Positions 18,301 through 27,791 of a stretch of 34,071 bases of DNA are shown here, piece after piece. A program made the translations under genes and the position numbers. The DNA lies in assembly GCA_026125595.1 (NCBI GenBank), contig JAHCKV010000002.1, positions 1-34,071 of the forward strand, read 5' to 3'. The notes beneath the pieces were generated by a model. The model made no database searches. It saw only the letters and a list, made by a program, of their open reading frames with translations, and was not told the DNA's origin. Position 1 is the first letter of the stretch. Every line of letters begins with the position of its first letter. Origin of the DNA: Burkholderiales bacterium (lineage in GTDB: Bacteria > Pseudomonadota > Gammaproteobacteria > Burkholderiales > Ga0077523).

Positions 18301-19697
18301 AGCACGCCGCCGGGCGCCAGCAGCGACCGCACGTGATCGAGCGTTTGCCGCAGATCGGCCGTCGCGTGCAATACGTTCGCGGCGACCACCAGATCGAAAC
18401 CGCCGACCGCGAAGCCCTGGTCGGCCGGCGACTGCTCGATGTCCAGCCGCTGGAACCGCAGATCCGGACGGCCCCCGAAGCGCTGCTGCGCAGCCGCCAC
18501 GAGACTCGGTGCCACGTCGGTGAACACGTAGTGCGCGTCGCCGGCACGGGGCAGCACATGGGCCGTCGTGCCGCCGGTCCCGGCGCCGATCTCGATGATG
18601 CGCGCGCCTCGTGGCAGCGCTGCGACGACGTGCGCCGTGACCGCGGCGGCGAGCCGGTTCATCCATCGCGCACCCGGAGAGGTTTCGTACAGCCGGGTCA
18701 GATCGGTTGCATCGCCGCCGGGAAACAGCACCGACAACGGATCGATGTCACCGCGCAGCACGGCCACCGTGTGTTCGGCGCAGCGTCGCAGCAGCGTCAG
18801 TTCGGCACGTGCCGACGCAAACTGCGCCTGCAGCGCGGCCTGACCGGCGTGGGCATCGGACCAGTTCGCTCCGGCTTCGGCGTGTCCGGCCAGCTGACGC
18901 AACCGGGCCACCAAAGCGCGGCCGGCCGCGGATGGCACGGCCGTCGATCCAAGGTCGTCGACGATGCATCGGGCATAGGTGGCGGCGAGCACTTCCAGTG
19001 CCGGCAACAACTGCAGATAGGCCTGGCAGTCCGCCGCCGCCAGCTCCGCATCGAACAACGGCAGGGCCGCCGCCGTCAGTTCATCGACCGTCGGACGCCG
19101 AACCGGCGCTGGCAACGGTGCCGCGCGCCAGTCGCACCCATACAGCCAGTCGGCACTGCGTTCGCGGTGCAGCACCCGCTGCACGTTCGCGGGCCGCAAC
19201 TGCAATCCGCGCAGATCCACCAGCAGGACGCCGTCCGGCGCGTACCACTGCAGATCTGCCTGCAGCGTGCCACCGATGCGACGCACCTGCGCGTGACACC
19301 AGCAGTCGGTCGGCAACGGACCGGCCGCATGGACCGAAACGCGGTCGATGCCGGCCGGCAGATGGGTCGCGGTGCCGGACGCATCGACGAACAGCGCCGC
19401 AAGGCTCTGCAAACCCGCATCGATCAGCACTGGATGAATCGCGTACGCAAGCGCCGTCGGTGCCGACCGCGCGGGCAAGCGCAACCGCGCCAGCACCTGA
19501 TCGCGGCCGACGCGCAGTTCCGTCAGCGCGCGGAACGCCGCGCCATAGCCGATGCCCTGTGCCTCGAGGCGCTCGTAACACGCCGACACCGCCACGACAG
19601 CATCGCACGCCGCCTGAACCGTCGACAGATCGAGCGTGCCCGGCCGGTCGGCTTCACCACCGATACCCGCGGCGTGCAGCACCCACGTGTCGTGTCC
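15327..19697 (-). CDS. Type I PKS module 2, C-terminal segment: C-terminal half of DH - cMT - ER - KR - ACP
   Basis: Frame of ORF 15327..19682 (GTG). The same frame reads [11 protein letters not shown] from ~19697 and aligns with [10 protein letters not shown] in the module 1 DH. DH C-half: IGYGAAF, LIDAGLQ. cMT ~18100-18750: [39 protein letters not shown] ~16600-17500: [23 protein letters not shown] ~15990-16535: [37 protein letters not shown] ~15500-15700: [14 protein letters not shown], Ser codon 15597-15599. TGA 15329-15327. Confidence 0.88.
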   Translation of the reverse strand, partial: GHDTWVLHAAGIGGEADRPGTLDLSTVQAACDAVVAVSACYERLEAQGIGYGAAFRALTELRVGRDQVLARLRLPARSAPTALAYAIHPVLIDAGLQSLAALFVDASGTATHLPAGIDRVSVHAAGPLPTDCWCHAQVRRIGGTLQADLQWYAPDGVLLVDLRGLQLRPANVQRVLHRERSADWLYGCDWRAAPLPAPVRRPTVDELTAAALPLFDAELAAADCQAYLQLLPALEVLAATYARCIVDDLGSTAVPSAAGRALVARLRQLAGHAEAGANWSDAHAGQAALQAQFASARAELTLLRRCAEHTVAVLRGDIDPLSVLFPGGDATDLTRLYETSPGARWMNRLAAAVTAHVVAALPRGARIIEIGAGTGGTTAHVLPRAGDAHYVFTDVAPSLVAAAQQRFGGRPDLRFQRLDIEQSPADQGFAVGGFDLVVAANVLHATADLRQTLDHVRSLLAPGGVLLLLEVTQPLGWLDLIFGLTDGWWRFADRALRPDHPLLSSRQWQDLLRDSGFVAAQALHASTEGPVTLPQSVIVAAAPARSDCPWVLGAADSPLAAALAARAGTSVRPPSTLQRWLADPAATHGAESLQILYVASAVTGSDGIDADPGCDPAELLHVVQTLAAIPHRAWRLCVVTTGGTPAAGTVPRPDAAAVWGLARVVALEHPQLQCRRIDVDSTDTIDGQVDAIARELDAVDAERTVAWRHGQRWVPRLDRVVLPRAGSNGDDGFALGIATRGTPDDLRLQSVERRRPGAGEVEIRVRAAGLNLIDVLDVLDLLPFERDWLGVECAGEIVAVGTGVTGLAVGDAVIALAPGSFRRYVTVDAHWVAPRPAMLDPLDAATIPASFLTARHALAEIAGLEAGERVLIHAAAGGTGLAAVAVARQLGAEVFGTASPAKWPALQARGVARAMHSRTLDFADTVIAAGGVDVVLNSLSGPFIPRSLACLKPGGRFVEIGKRGIWTAEQVRALRPDVHYHRIDLLELARIDPPRIQALLQTVCAGFDTAALRPLPRRVFPIAAAAAAFRCMQRATHIGKIVLDLEPRSATVRSDATYLITGGLGGLGLRTAEWLVAQGARSVVLVARRAESTAAAALAELRATGAMVRVLQADVADGDRMAAVFASLADLPPLKGVFHAAGVLDDGVLQQLDATRLAAVLAPKVDGARHLHRLTRDLPLDGFVLYSSAASLLGSPGQGSHVAANSWLDALAHRRRADGLPALSINWGPWSEIGAAAGPALHASMQARGIGAIPPDHGIRVLADLLERAPRAQVGVIPIRWPEFAATGAGDDPLFADFAGAAVSPGETAVDNIDAPPLLQELMALPARQRHAAVVRRLQGEVAVVLGLPAGRRPEPDLGFFDMGMDSLMTVELRNRLTRQCGVTLTSAVIFEFPTITALAGHLLATMLPEASPASVEPPIAAQPPAAAAIEPATDRALDPAIAAELAALDDLLQRR

Positions 19698-22600
19698 GGC
19701 GCGAAGAGACCGTGAATCTCGAAACGCGACGTGCCGGCGTCGACCCGCTGCGACAGCTGCACCGTTCGCGGACCGTCCAGCCGCAGCGCCTGGTGGAAAT
19801 CCACATGCTCCAGCACGATCGTGCCGGCCACACCGCGGCTGCGCACCGCCGCGATCGTCATCTCCACGAAGCCGGCCGCGGGCAGTACCACGGTGCCGAA
19901 CACCGTGTGATCGGCCAGGAACGGCGATGCGGCAGCGTCGATGATCGCTTCATGGTGTTGCCCCTCGCTGCGCGCCAATCGCAGGGCCCGCCCCAGCAAC
20001 GGATGGTCGTGCGGCAGCGTCGATCGGTCACGCCGGCTGGCGGGCCGGGCCGTCGTCGGCCCGTCGATCCAGTGCCGTTGCCGCTGGAACGGATAGGTCG
20101 GCAGCGGGACGTGCCGCGCGACGGGCTCCGGCCGCGACGGTCGGGCACCGAGCACGTGCAGCCGGCCGACGCTCGACGCGAACACGGCGCGATCGTCGTG
20201 GCCGCGGCGCAGACTGGCCAATGTGCGTGTCGGCGGCAGCGGCAGCCATCGCTGGGCAAGCCCGATCAGGTGCGGCTGCGGTCCGATCTCCAGCAACGTG
20301 TCGCAACCCAGGGTCAGCAGTTGCTCCATCGCGGCCTGGAAGCGGACCGGTCGGCGCACGTGATCGATCCAGTAGAGCGGCGACGGTGCCGTCAACGGTT
20401 CGCCGGTGACGGTGGATAGCATCGGCAACCGCGGCGTGCGGACCACGATGCCGGCGACACTCGCGCCGAAGGCATCGAGCATCGGTGCCATGGCCGGCGA
20501 ATGGAACGCGTGGGACACCGCGAGCGGCACGCATTCGATACCGCGGTCCCGCAACCGCGCCGAAGCGCGTTCCAGCGCCGCGGTTTCGCCCGCGATCACG
20601 ACGCGGTCCGGCGCGTTGTATGCCGCGATCACGACACCGTCCTGCAGCGCCGGCGTCACGGCATCCGCGTCCGCCATCACGGCGACCATGCCACCCACGG
20701 CCGGCAACGCCTGCATCAGCCGGCCCCGCGCCGCCGTCAATCGCAGACCGGTTTCCCAGTCCATCGCATCGACGGCGACGGCGGCCGCGAACTCACCGAC
20801 GCTGTGACCGACCACCGCATCGGGCTCGATGCCCCAGCTGCGCCACAGCTCGGTCAACCCGAGCTGGATCGCGAACAATGCCGGCTGCGCGTAGTGGATC
20901 GTCCGATCCCGTTGCGTCGCTGCGGCGCCCCCCGCTTCGAACAGCAGATCCGTCAGCACGATGCCGGTCTCGGCCCGCAACAGTTCGGCGCAGCGGTCGA
21001 GCGCGCGGCGGAACACCGGTTCGGTGGCATACAGCTCGCGACCCATGCCGGCGTACTGCGAACCCTGACCGGTGAACAGGAACGCGATCTTCGGCCGCGC
21101 CGTCCCATGGCCCGTGTCGATCGCGGCATCCGGCTGTCCGGCCAACCACCGTTCGAGTCGACGACCGGCGTCGACCGCGCGCGCCGCGACGAGGGCCAGC
21201 CGATGCGGGAAACGGGTCCGCTGCCGATCGGCGCCGATGCAATGGCTCGACCAGTCGGTGGCCGGATCGCACAGCAGCAACGCATGCCGCCGCGCGAGTT
21301 CGGCCAGCGCGGCGGGATCCCGCGCCGACAGCAGCAGCGCCGCGGGCGCGTCGCCCGCGGCCGCGGCCGGCGCCGTCGACGGTTCCGCGACCGGCGACGA
21401 TTCGAGCACCACATGGGCATTGGTGCCACTGAAGCCGAACGAACTGACCCCGGCGAATCGCGGTCCGTCCGTCTCCCACGGCTGCGCGCTGCGCGGCACG
21501 TCGATCGGCAGCGACGACCAGTCGATATGGGGGCTGGGCATCGTGAAATGCAGGTGTGCCGGCAACATCCGGTGCCGCAGCGCGAGCGCCACCTTGATCA
21601 GGCCGCAGATACCGGCCGCGGCCTCCAGATGGCCGACGTTGGTCTTCACCGAACCGATCCGCAGCCGCGGGCCGTTCCGGTGGCTGTCCGCGAACACCGC
21701 GCCCAGCGCGCCGACTTCGATCGGGTCGCCCAGTGCCGTGCCGGTGCCGTGGGCCTCGATGTAGCTGACCTGACCCGGTTCGATCCGCGCATCGCGCAAC
21801 GCCTGGCGGATCACGGCCTGTTGCGCCGGTCCGTTCGGTACCGTCAAGCCGCCGCTGCGACCGTCCTGATTGACCGCGGCGCCGCGCACCAGCGCGACGA
21901 TGTCGTCGCCGGCCGCGATGGCATCGGACAACCGCTTCAGCACCACGACGCCGCAACCCTCGGCCCGCGCGAATCCGTCGGCGGTGGCCGCGAACGCCTT
22001 GCAGCGCCCGTCGGGCGACAGCATGTGGGCGCGCGAAAAATTGATGCTGAAGGCCGGCGACAGGATCCGGTTCACGCCGCCGACCAGCGCCGCTTCGCAT
22101 TCGCCGCGCCGCAGGCTCTGCACCGCGAGCTGCACCGCGACCAGTGACGACGAACACGCGGTGTCGACGATCAGGCTCGGCCCGGTGAAGCCGAACGTGT
22201 ACGACAGCCGTCCGGCCGCGACGCTGTGCGCGTTGCCGGTCGCGAGATAGGCATCGATCGCGTCGTCGGGGCGCGCCAGCAGATGATGGGAGTAGTCGTT
22301 GCTGCTGATGCCGACGAACACGCCGACGGGACGACCGGCCCAGTCGCCCGGCACGACACCGGCATGCTCCATCGCCTCCCAGCTGACTTCCAGCAGCAGC
22401 CGCTGCTGCGGATCGAGGCTCGCGGCCTCCTTCGGCGCGATGCCGAAGAACGCGGCGTCGAACGCCGCCGGGTCGTCGATGAAGCCGCCCTCGCGCGTCA
22501 CGATGCGGCCCGGCGCATCGGGGTCCGGATCGTGGAACGCAGCGGCATCCCAGCGATCGGGCGGCACCGGTCCGATCGCATCCCGCCCTTCGACCAGCAA

Positions 22601-22789
22601 CCGCCAGAACGCATCGGGATCGACGGCGCCCCCGGGAAAGCGACACCCGATGCCGACAATCGCAACGGGTTCGTGGGCTGCACCTTCGACCGCGGCCAGC
22701 CGCGCCTGCAGCCGATCGATGGCCTGCAGTGCACGCGCCATCCGGCGTTCGTCGGCGTCCGGCGTCGGAGCGTTCACGGGCGCATTCAT
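19523..22789 (-). CDS. Type I PKS module 2, N-terminal segment: docking helix - KS - AT (malonyl-type) - N-terminal half of DH. Same gene as 15327..19697, interrupted by an apparent -1 frameshift
   Basis: ATG 22789 lies 16 nt after the upstream TGA and is in frame with ORF 19523..23017, whose first 76 aa are an out-of-frame overlap. [23 protein letters not shown] forms a helix. KS ~21400-22672: [25 protein letters not shown] (Cys codon 22154-22156), [31 protein letters not shown] ~20300-21095: [27 protein letters not shown]. Linker [13 protein letters not shown]-half: [23 protein letters not shown]. Sense ends after FEIHGLFAP (~19697); the remainder to the nominal stop at 19523 is nonsense. 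Confidence 0.88.
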   Translation of the reverse strand: MNAPVNAPTPDADERRMARALQAIDRLQARLAAVEGAAHEPVAIVGIGCRFPGGAVDPDAFWRLLVEGRDAIGPVPPDRWDAAAFHDPDPDAPGRIVTREGGFIDDPAAFDAAFFGIAPKEAASLDPQQRLLLEVSWEAMEHAGVVPGDWAGRPVGVFVGISSNDYSHHLLARPDDAIDAYLATGNAHSVAAGRLSYTFGFTGPSLIVDTACSSSLVAVQLAVQSLRRGECEAALVGGVNRILSPAFSINFSRAHMLSPDGRCKAFAATADGFARAEGCGVVVLKRLSDAIAAGDDIVALVRGAAVNQDGRSGGLTVPNGPAQQAVIRQALRDARIEPGQVSYIEAHGTGTALGDPIEVGALGAVFADSHRNGPRLRIGSVKTNVGHLEAAAGICGLIKVALALRHRMLPAHLHFTMPSPHIDWSSLPIDVPRSAQPWETDGPRFAGVSSFGFSGTNAHVVLESSPVAEPSTAPAAAAGDAPAALLLSARDPAALAELARRHALLLCDPATDWSSHCIGADRQRTRFPHRLALVAARAVDAGRRLERWLAGQPDAAIDTGHGTARPKIAFLFTGQGSQYAGMGRELYATEPVFRRALDRCAELLRAETGIVLTDLLFEAGGAAATQRDRTIHYAQPALFAIQLGLTELWRSWGIEPDAVVGHSVGEFAAAVAVDAMDWETGLRLTAARGRLMQALPAVGGMVAVMADADAVTPALQDGVVIAAYNAPDRVVIAGETAALERASARLRDRGIECVPLAVSHAFHSPAMAPMLDAFGASVAGIVVRTPRLPMLSTVTGEPLTAPSPLYWIDHVRRPVRFQAAMEQLLTLGCDTLLEIGPQPHLIGLAQRWLPLPPTRTLASLRRGHDDRAVFASSVGRLHVLGARPSRPEPVARHVPLPTYPFQRQRHWIDGPTTARPASRRDRSTLPHDHPLLGRALRLARSEGQHHEAIIDAAASPFLADHTVFGTVVLPAAGFVEMTIAAVRSRGVAGTIVLEHVDFHQALRLDGPRTVQLSQRVDAGTSRFEIHGLFAPDTTRGCCTPRVSVVKPTGRARSICRRFRRRAMLSWRCRRVTSASRHRASAMARRSAR

Positions 22790-22805
22790 CGGCGTACGGT
22801 CCGGA

Positions 22806-25800
22806 TCACCGGTTCGACCCGGCGGGGGCAGCGTCGAGCAACCGGTCCAGCGCATCGAGCCGGTCGTCGAGCAGATCCTGCACCGCGCGGCCATCGACTC
22901 GGGGGGGTAGCGTAGCGTCGGCCGCTTCGACCCCGCCGCCCGCATCACGTGACCCGATCGACGCCGGTTCCGCGGCCGGCACGGCGAACTGCGACTGCAG
23001 ATGCGCCAGCAGCGCATCGGTGGTCGGATAGTCGAACACCAGCGTCGCCGGCAGCACGATGCCGAGGTCGGTCTGCAGACGGTTCTTCAGTTCGAGCGCC
23101 GTCAGTGAATCCAGGCCCAGATCGAAGAAACCGGATCGACGGTCCAGTTCCGCCGGGGCGAACCCGAGCGTCTGCGCGATCGCGGCACACACGTAGTCGT
23201 CCAGCAGTCGCGCGCGTTGCGCAGCATCGGCCGCAAGCAATCTGTCACGCAGGCCACCAGCCGGCACCGCCGCGGCGGGCAGTGCCGTACGCACCGTCGC
23301 GGCGGTCGCCGCAAGTTCGGCGAACAACGGCAGCGCCCGCAACCGCGGCTTCGCCAGTAGCGCGTCCCACGCGATCGGCAGCACGCCGACCTCGGCCCCG
23401 TCGCGATGCCAGACGCGATCGAGCCAGTCGAGACCGTCCTGCGGCGCGATGAACCCGACGCCGGGTAGGCCGCTGACGCGATCGTTGTGTCGATAGCGCA
23501 ACGCCGACCCGACGCCCGACCACGCGCCCCAGTCGATGCTGAGCGCCGGCAACCCGAGCCCACGACGGAATCGCGCGAGGCCGTCGAGGAATGCGTTGGC
23601 GGCCCCGTGGTTGGCCTGCCCCGGCGCGCCGATCATGCCGGCCGCCGATGCGAACAGCACGAAGCAATCGAGGTCGAGAGGTGCCGTCAGCGTATGCAGA
23701 TGCCAGCCGCCCGCGACCTTCGGCGCCAGCACACGCGACAGGCCCGCCGGCGGCAACTGCTGCAACAGCGCGTCTTCGAGAACGCCGGCTGCATGCACGA
23801 CGCCACGCAGCGGCGGCAAGCCATCGGTGCCGGCCGCGATGTCGTCCATCACCCGCGCGAGGGCCGCACGATCGGCGACGTCGACCGCGCGCAGATGAAC
23901 CCGGACCCCGTCGGCGCGCAACGCCCGCACCGCTTCGGCACCGGCATCGACCGACCGGCCCAGCAGCATCAGATGGCGCGCGCCGCGCTCGACCATCCAG
24001 CGCGCCACCAGCGAGCCGAGCCCCCCGAGGCCGCCGGTGATCAGATAGGTCGCGTCGGACCGGAATCGGGGCACTTCCGGCGCCGGTGCCGGCGGCACGT
24101 CGTCGACGACCACGACCTTGCCGACATGCCGCGCCTGCTGCACGGTGCGGAACGCGTCGACCACCGCGTCGCGCGTAAACCGCGTCACCGGCAGCGGCTT
24201 CCAGTGACCGGCGTCGACCTGCCGGACGATCTGTTCGAGCAGCGCCTGCACGGCTGCGGGCTGGTCCCGGCACAACGCCGACAGGTCGACGCGGTGGAAC
24301 GCGAGATCCGGCCACCGCGACGCCACTTCGGCATCGGTGAGCCCGGCGCCCTTGCCGATGTCGATGAAGCGGCCGCGCGGCTGCACCGCCGCGAGACTGG
24401 CACGCTGCAGTTCACCGGGTTGCGCGCTGAGCACGACATCGACGCCGCGACCGTCGGTGATCCGCAGGATCTCGTCCGCGAAGGCCGGCGTGCGCGAATC
24501 CATCACGTGCTGCACGCCCAGTCGTTCCAGCGCGGCCCATTTGCCGCGACTCGCGGTCGCGACGATCTCCGCACCCGCGGCCTGCGCGATCTGGATCGCA
24601 GCCTGACCGACACCGCCGGTGCCTGCGTGGATCAGTACGCGCTCGCCGGGCTGCAACCGCGCGAGCTGCAGCAGGCCATGCGCCGCCGTGCCGAAGGCCA
24701 CCGGCAAGCTCGCGGCCGACGCGTCGTCGACGCCCGCCGGCACCGCGACGACCAGCGCCTGATCGACCGTCACCTGACTGTCGAAGCCGTGTGGCGCGAG
24801 CGCCATGACACGATCGCCGATCGCGAAGCGCTCGACCTGCACGCCGATCGCGACGACCTCGCCGACGCATTCGCAACCCAGGGCCGCCGGGTCCGGATAC
24901 TGTCCCATCGCGATCAGCACATCGCGGAAGTTGACACCGGTGGCACGCACGCGGAGCCGCACCTGGCCCGCGGCCGGCGCGACGACGGCACCGGCGTGCC
25001 ACGCGAGGCTCGCGATCGAGCCCGCCGCGGTTGTCACCAGTCGCTGCGGCCGATCCGTTGCCGGCATCGCCGCGGGCCGCAACCTGCCACCTGCCGCACG
25101 CCGTCGACCACGCGGACCTGGGTTTCCGGCCGGTCGGCCGCGAACTCCCGCAACCAGTCGTCGACGGTCGCACCGAACACGGCGGCACTGCATCTGGGTG
25201 CTCCAGATCGCGCTTTTGCACGAAGCCCCACAGCGCGGAGTGCGCGACCGCCGCCGTTGCGTCGTCGGTCTGCCGGCAAAATACAACCGCGGCGCCTCGG
25301 GCCATCGGGACACCGTTTGCACCAACTCGAGCGCCTGCCGGCACAACCCCTCGACGGTCTCGGGCACCGCGTCGGGCACCACCGTCGACGGCAACACGAC
25401 GACGACCCGTCCGATGCCATCGGCATCCGGTGGCACCGCGTCGGCTGCGGTGGCACGTCGCATGACGGACGCTCCCTGGTCGCGCAACCCATCGGCGACT
25501 TCGACCGCCGACGCATCGTCGCCGATCACGAGCCACGACCCCGTCACGACGGACGGCCGCCGCGCAATCAGCACCGACTGCACCAGCGCACGGTCGCCCT
25601 GCACCGCCTGCGGCTGCTCGAAACCGGTATCGCGCAACAGCGCCTGCCACTGGGCGACCGACAGCAACGGGTGGGCGGGCCGGCGCGCGACGTCGGTGAA
25701 CTTCCACCAGCCCGGCATCGTGCCGAACACGAGATCCAGCCAGCGCAGCGCGGTAGTCGCTTCGAGCAGCAGCAGCAGGCCGCCGGGTGCCAGCAGCGTG

Positions 25801-27791
25801 TGCACCTGGCGCAGCGTGCGTTCGAGATCGGCCGTCGCGTGCAGCACGTTGGCGGCGACGATCACATCGAACCCGGCCGGATCGAGACCGCTTGCGGTCT
25901 CCGGTTGCTCGATGTCGAGGACCGTGCAGCGGATGAACGGATAGCCCGCAAAGCGCGTGCGCGCCGCGTTCACGAAATGCGCGGACACGTCGCTGAACAC
26001 ATAGTCGACGGGACCGATCGAGGCCAGCATCGGCAACAGGTGGGCCGTCGTGCCGCCAGTGCCCGCGCCGATCTCGAGCACCCGCAACGGGCGGCCATCG
26101 ACCGGTGTCGCGATCGACTGCCGCAACGCCTCCTGCAGCAATGCGTTCATGACCCGCGCACCGGCCGACGCTTCGTACAGCGCGGTCAGCAGCGTCGGAT
26201 CACCGCCGGGGAACAGCAATTGCAGCGGATCGACGCGACCCTGCAGGATCGCATCCAGTTCATTGCCGCAGCGGCGCAACAGTACCGACTCCGGCGCGGC
26301 CGCGACACCGCCGTCCGCCGGCGGCGGGGACAGCGGGATATCGGCGATCGGCGGCCACGCGGCTGCTTCGTCCGGCGCGACGCCCGCGCCGGCGAGCATC
26401 GCGACGCAGCGCGCGAACAGCGGCTGCCGGGACGGCTCGACCCCGAGACGGACCGCCAGTTGCGCGACCGACCCGGTCCGATCGGTCAGCGCGTTCCAGC
26501 CCAGTCGCCGCAACGCGTGAGCCGCATAGGTAACGCTCGACGCTTCGAGATCCGGCTGCAGCCGCTGGTAGTCGACGACATCCGGACCGGACAACAGCGC
26601 CGCCCACCGCGGCAACGTTCGCTCGCGCACGTCGTCGGGCGACCGCAGCAGCGTCGACGCCAGTGGCTGCGGCGGCCACGCCACGTCGTACAGCGCGGTG
26701 ACCGGCATCGGATCTTCGACCGGCCTGGCCGCCACCGTGACGAGTCTCAGACCGCGCAGCCACCCGAGCAGGGTGCCGTCGTCCGCGAACCATTCGATAT
26801 CGACCGATGGTTCGTCTCCGCCATCGCGGCAACGCGCGCGGACCCACGCCGGTACCGCCTCGCGGGCACCGAACCAGGCGAACGCGTCGACGGATCTCGG
26901 CAGCCGTGTGCGGTCATCCGAAATGACGAGGCCGGTCAACTGCAGGCCGGCATCGACCAGCACCGGATCGGGCGTGAGGGCCGCCGTCGCGCGCCGGTCT
27001 GCCGTCAGCCGCGCCAACGCTTCACCGGGACCGAAGGCGATATCGTCCAGCACCCGGAATGCGGCGCCGTACCGGATGCCGCGGGCGGCGAAGCGCGCGT
27101 AGAAATCCGCCGCCGCGAGTCGGTCCGGCAGATGGGCGAGCGCGGGCGGTTGGATCGAGGGCGCCCTGTCGCGCGGTGCCGGGACGAGATCGCCTTCGGC
27201 GTGCAACGTCCAATGGGCGTCCACCGCGCTGTGCAGTTCGAACCGTTGACCGTCGGCTTGCCGATGCACTGCGGTCTGCACGCGGACGCCGCCTTCCTCC
27301 GGCAGCCACAGCCCTTGGGCGAGCGTGACGCCGCGCAACTGGCAATCATGTCCGGACAGCGCGTGGCCTGCGGCCATCGCGAGGCACAGGTATCCGGCCG
27401 CCGGAAACAGCGTCGACTCGAACACGCGGTGATCGGACCACGGAATGCCGGTGGTCCCGTCGATCACCGCCTCGAATACCCGGATGGCATCGCCGGCCAG
27501 CGGCAACGGACGGCCCGGCAGCGGATCCGCACCACGGTCCGCAGCCGGTGGCGCGCCGATCACCGGCACCGCATCGAGCCAATGCCGACGTCGCTGGAAC
27601 GGATAGCGTGGCACGTCGACTCGCCGCCGGTTGCGCCCGGCATCGAACCCGGACCAGTCGACCGGCACGCCGGCTTCGTACAACGCCGCGAGACTGGTCA
27701 GCATGCGTTCCCAATCGGGCGCTGCGCCGCCGCGACCCGCACCGCCGGCACGCAGACTCGGCAACCACAACCGTCCGCCGCCGCCGAGACA
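22806..27791 (-). CDS. Type I PKS module 1, C-terminal segment: post-AT linker - DH - cMT - ER - KR - ACP
   Basis: Frame of ORF 22806..28784, meaningful from [14 protein letters not shown] (27791); upstream of that the ORF is out-of-frame AT. A 22-codon bridge LPGCDVCIEIGPQPVLLALAAG lies in a third frame (27793-27858). Linker [10 protein letters not shown] ~27580-27610. DH ~26700-27540: [32 protein letters not shown]. cMT ~25600-26250: [37 protein letters not shown]. Scrambled patch 25085-25278. ER ~24090-25010: [24 protein letters not shown] ~23520-24060: [37 protein letters not shown] ~23010-23220: [14 protein letters not shown], Ser codon 23106-23108. TGA 22808-22806. Confidence 0.88.
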   Translation of the reverse strand, partial: CLGGGGRLWLPSLRAGGAGRGGAAPDWERMLTSLAALYEAGVPVDWSGFDAGRNRRRVDVPRYPFQRRRHWLDAVPVIGAPPAADRGADPLPGRPLPLAGDAIRVFEAVIDGTTGIPWSDHRVFESTLFPAAGYLCLAMAAGHALSGHDCQLRGVTLAQGLWLPEEGGVRVQTAVHRQADGQRFELHSAVDAHWTLHAEGDLVPAPRDRAPSIQPPALAHLPDRLAAADFYARFAARGIRYGAAFRVLDDIAFGPGEALARLTADRRATAALTPDPVLVDAGLQLTGLVISDDRTRLPRSVDAFAWFGAREAVPAWVRARCRDGGDEPSVDIEWFADDGTLLGWLRGLRLVTVAARPVEDPMPVTALYDVAWPPQPLASTLLRSPDDVRERTLPRWAALLSGPDVVDYQRLQPDLEASSVTYAAHALRRLGWNALTDRTGSVAQLAVRLGVEPSRQPLFARCVAMLAGAGVAPDEAAAWPPIADIPLSPPPADGGVAAAPESVLLRRCGNELDAILQGRVDPLQLLFPGGDPTLLTALYEASAGARVMNALLQEALRQSIATPVDGRPLRVLEIGAGTGGTTAHLLPMLASIGPVDYVFSDVSAHFVNAARTRFAGYPFIRCTVLDIEQPETASGLDPAGFDVIVAANVLHATADLERTLRQVHTLLAPGGLLLLLEATTALRWLDLVFGTMPGWWKFTDVARRPAHPLLSVAQWQALLRDTGFEQPQAVQGDRALVQSVLIARRPSVVTGSWLVIGDDASAVEVADGLRDQGASVMRRATAADAVPPDADGIGRVVVVLPSTVVPDAVPETVEGLCRQALELVQTVSRWPEAPRLYFAGRPTTQRRRSRTPRCGASCKSAIWSTQMQCRRVRCDRRRLVAGVRGRPAGNPGPRGRRRAAGGRLRPAAMPATDRPQRLVTTAAGSIASLAWHAGAVVAPAAGQVRLRVRATGVNFRDVLIAMGQYPDPAALGCECVGEVVAIGVQVERFAIGDRVMALAPHGFDSQVTVDQALVVAVPAGVDDASAASLPVAFGTAAHGLLQLARLQPGERVLIHAGTGGVGQAAIQIAQAAGAEIVATASRGKWAALERLGVQHVMDSRTPAFADEILRITDGRGVDVVLSAQPGELQRASLAAVQPRGRFIDIGKGAGLTDAEVASRWPDLAFHRVDLSALCRDQPAAVQALLEQIVRQVDAGHWKPLPVTRFTRDAVVDAFRTVQQARHVGKVVVVDDVPPAPAPEVPRFRSDATYLITGGLGGLGSLVARWMVERGARHLMLLGRSVDAGAEAVRALRADGVRVHLRAVDVADRAALARVMDDIAAGTDGLPPLRGVVHAAGVLEDALLQQLPPAGLSRVLAPKVAGGWHLHTLTAPLDLDCFVLFASAAGMIGAPGQANHGAANAFLDGLARFRRGLGLPALSIDWGAWSGVGSALRYRHNDRVSGLPGVGFIAPQDGLDWLDRVWHRDGAEVGVLPIAWDALLAKPRLRALPLFAELAATAATVRTALPAAAVPAGGLRDRLLAADAAQRARLLDDYVCAAIAQTLGFAPAELDRRSGFFDLGLDSLTALELKNRLQTDLGIVLPATLVFDYPTTDALLAHLQSQFAVPAAEPASIGSRDAGGGVEAADATLPPRVDGRAVQDLLDDRLDALDRLLDAAPAGSNR

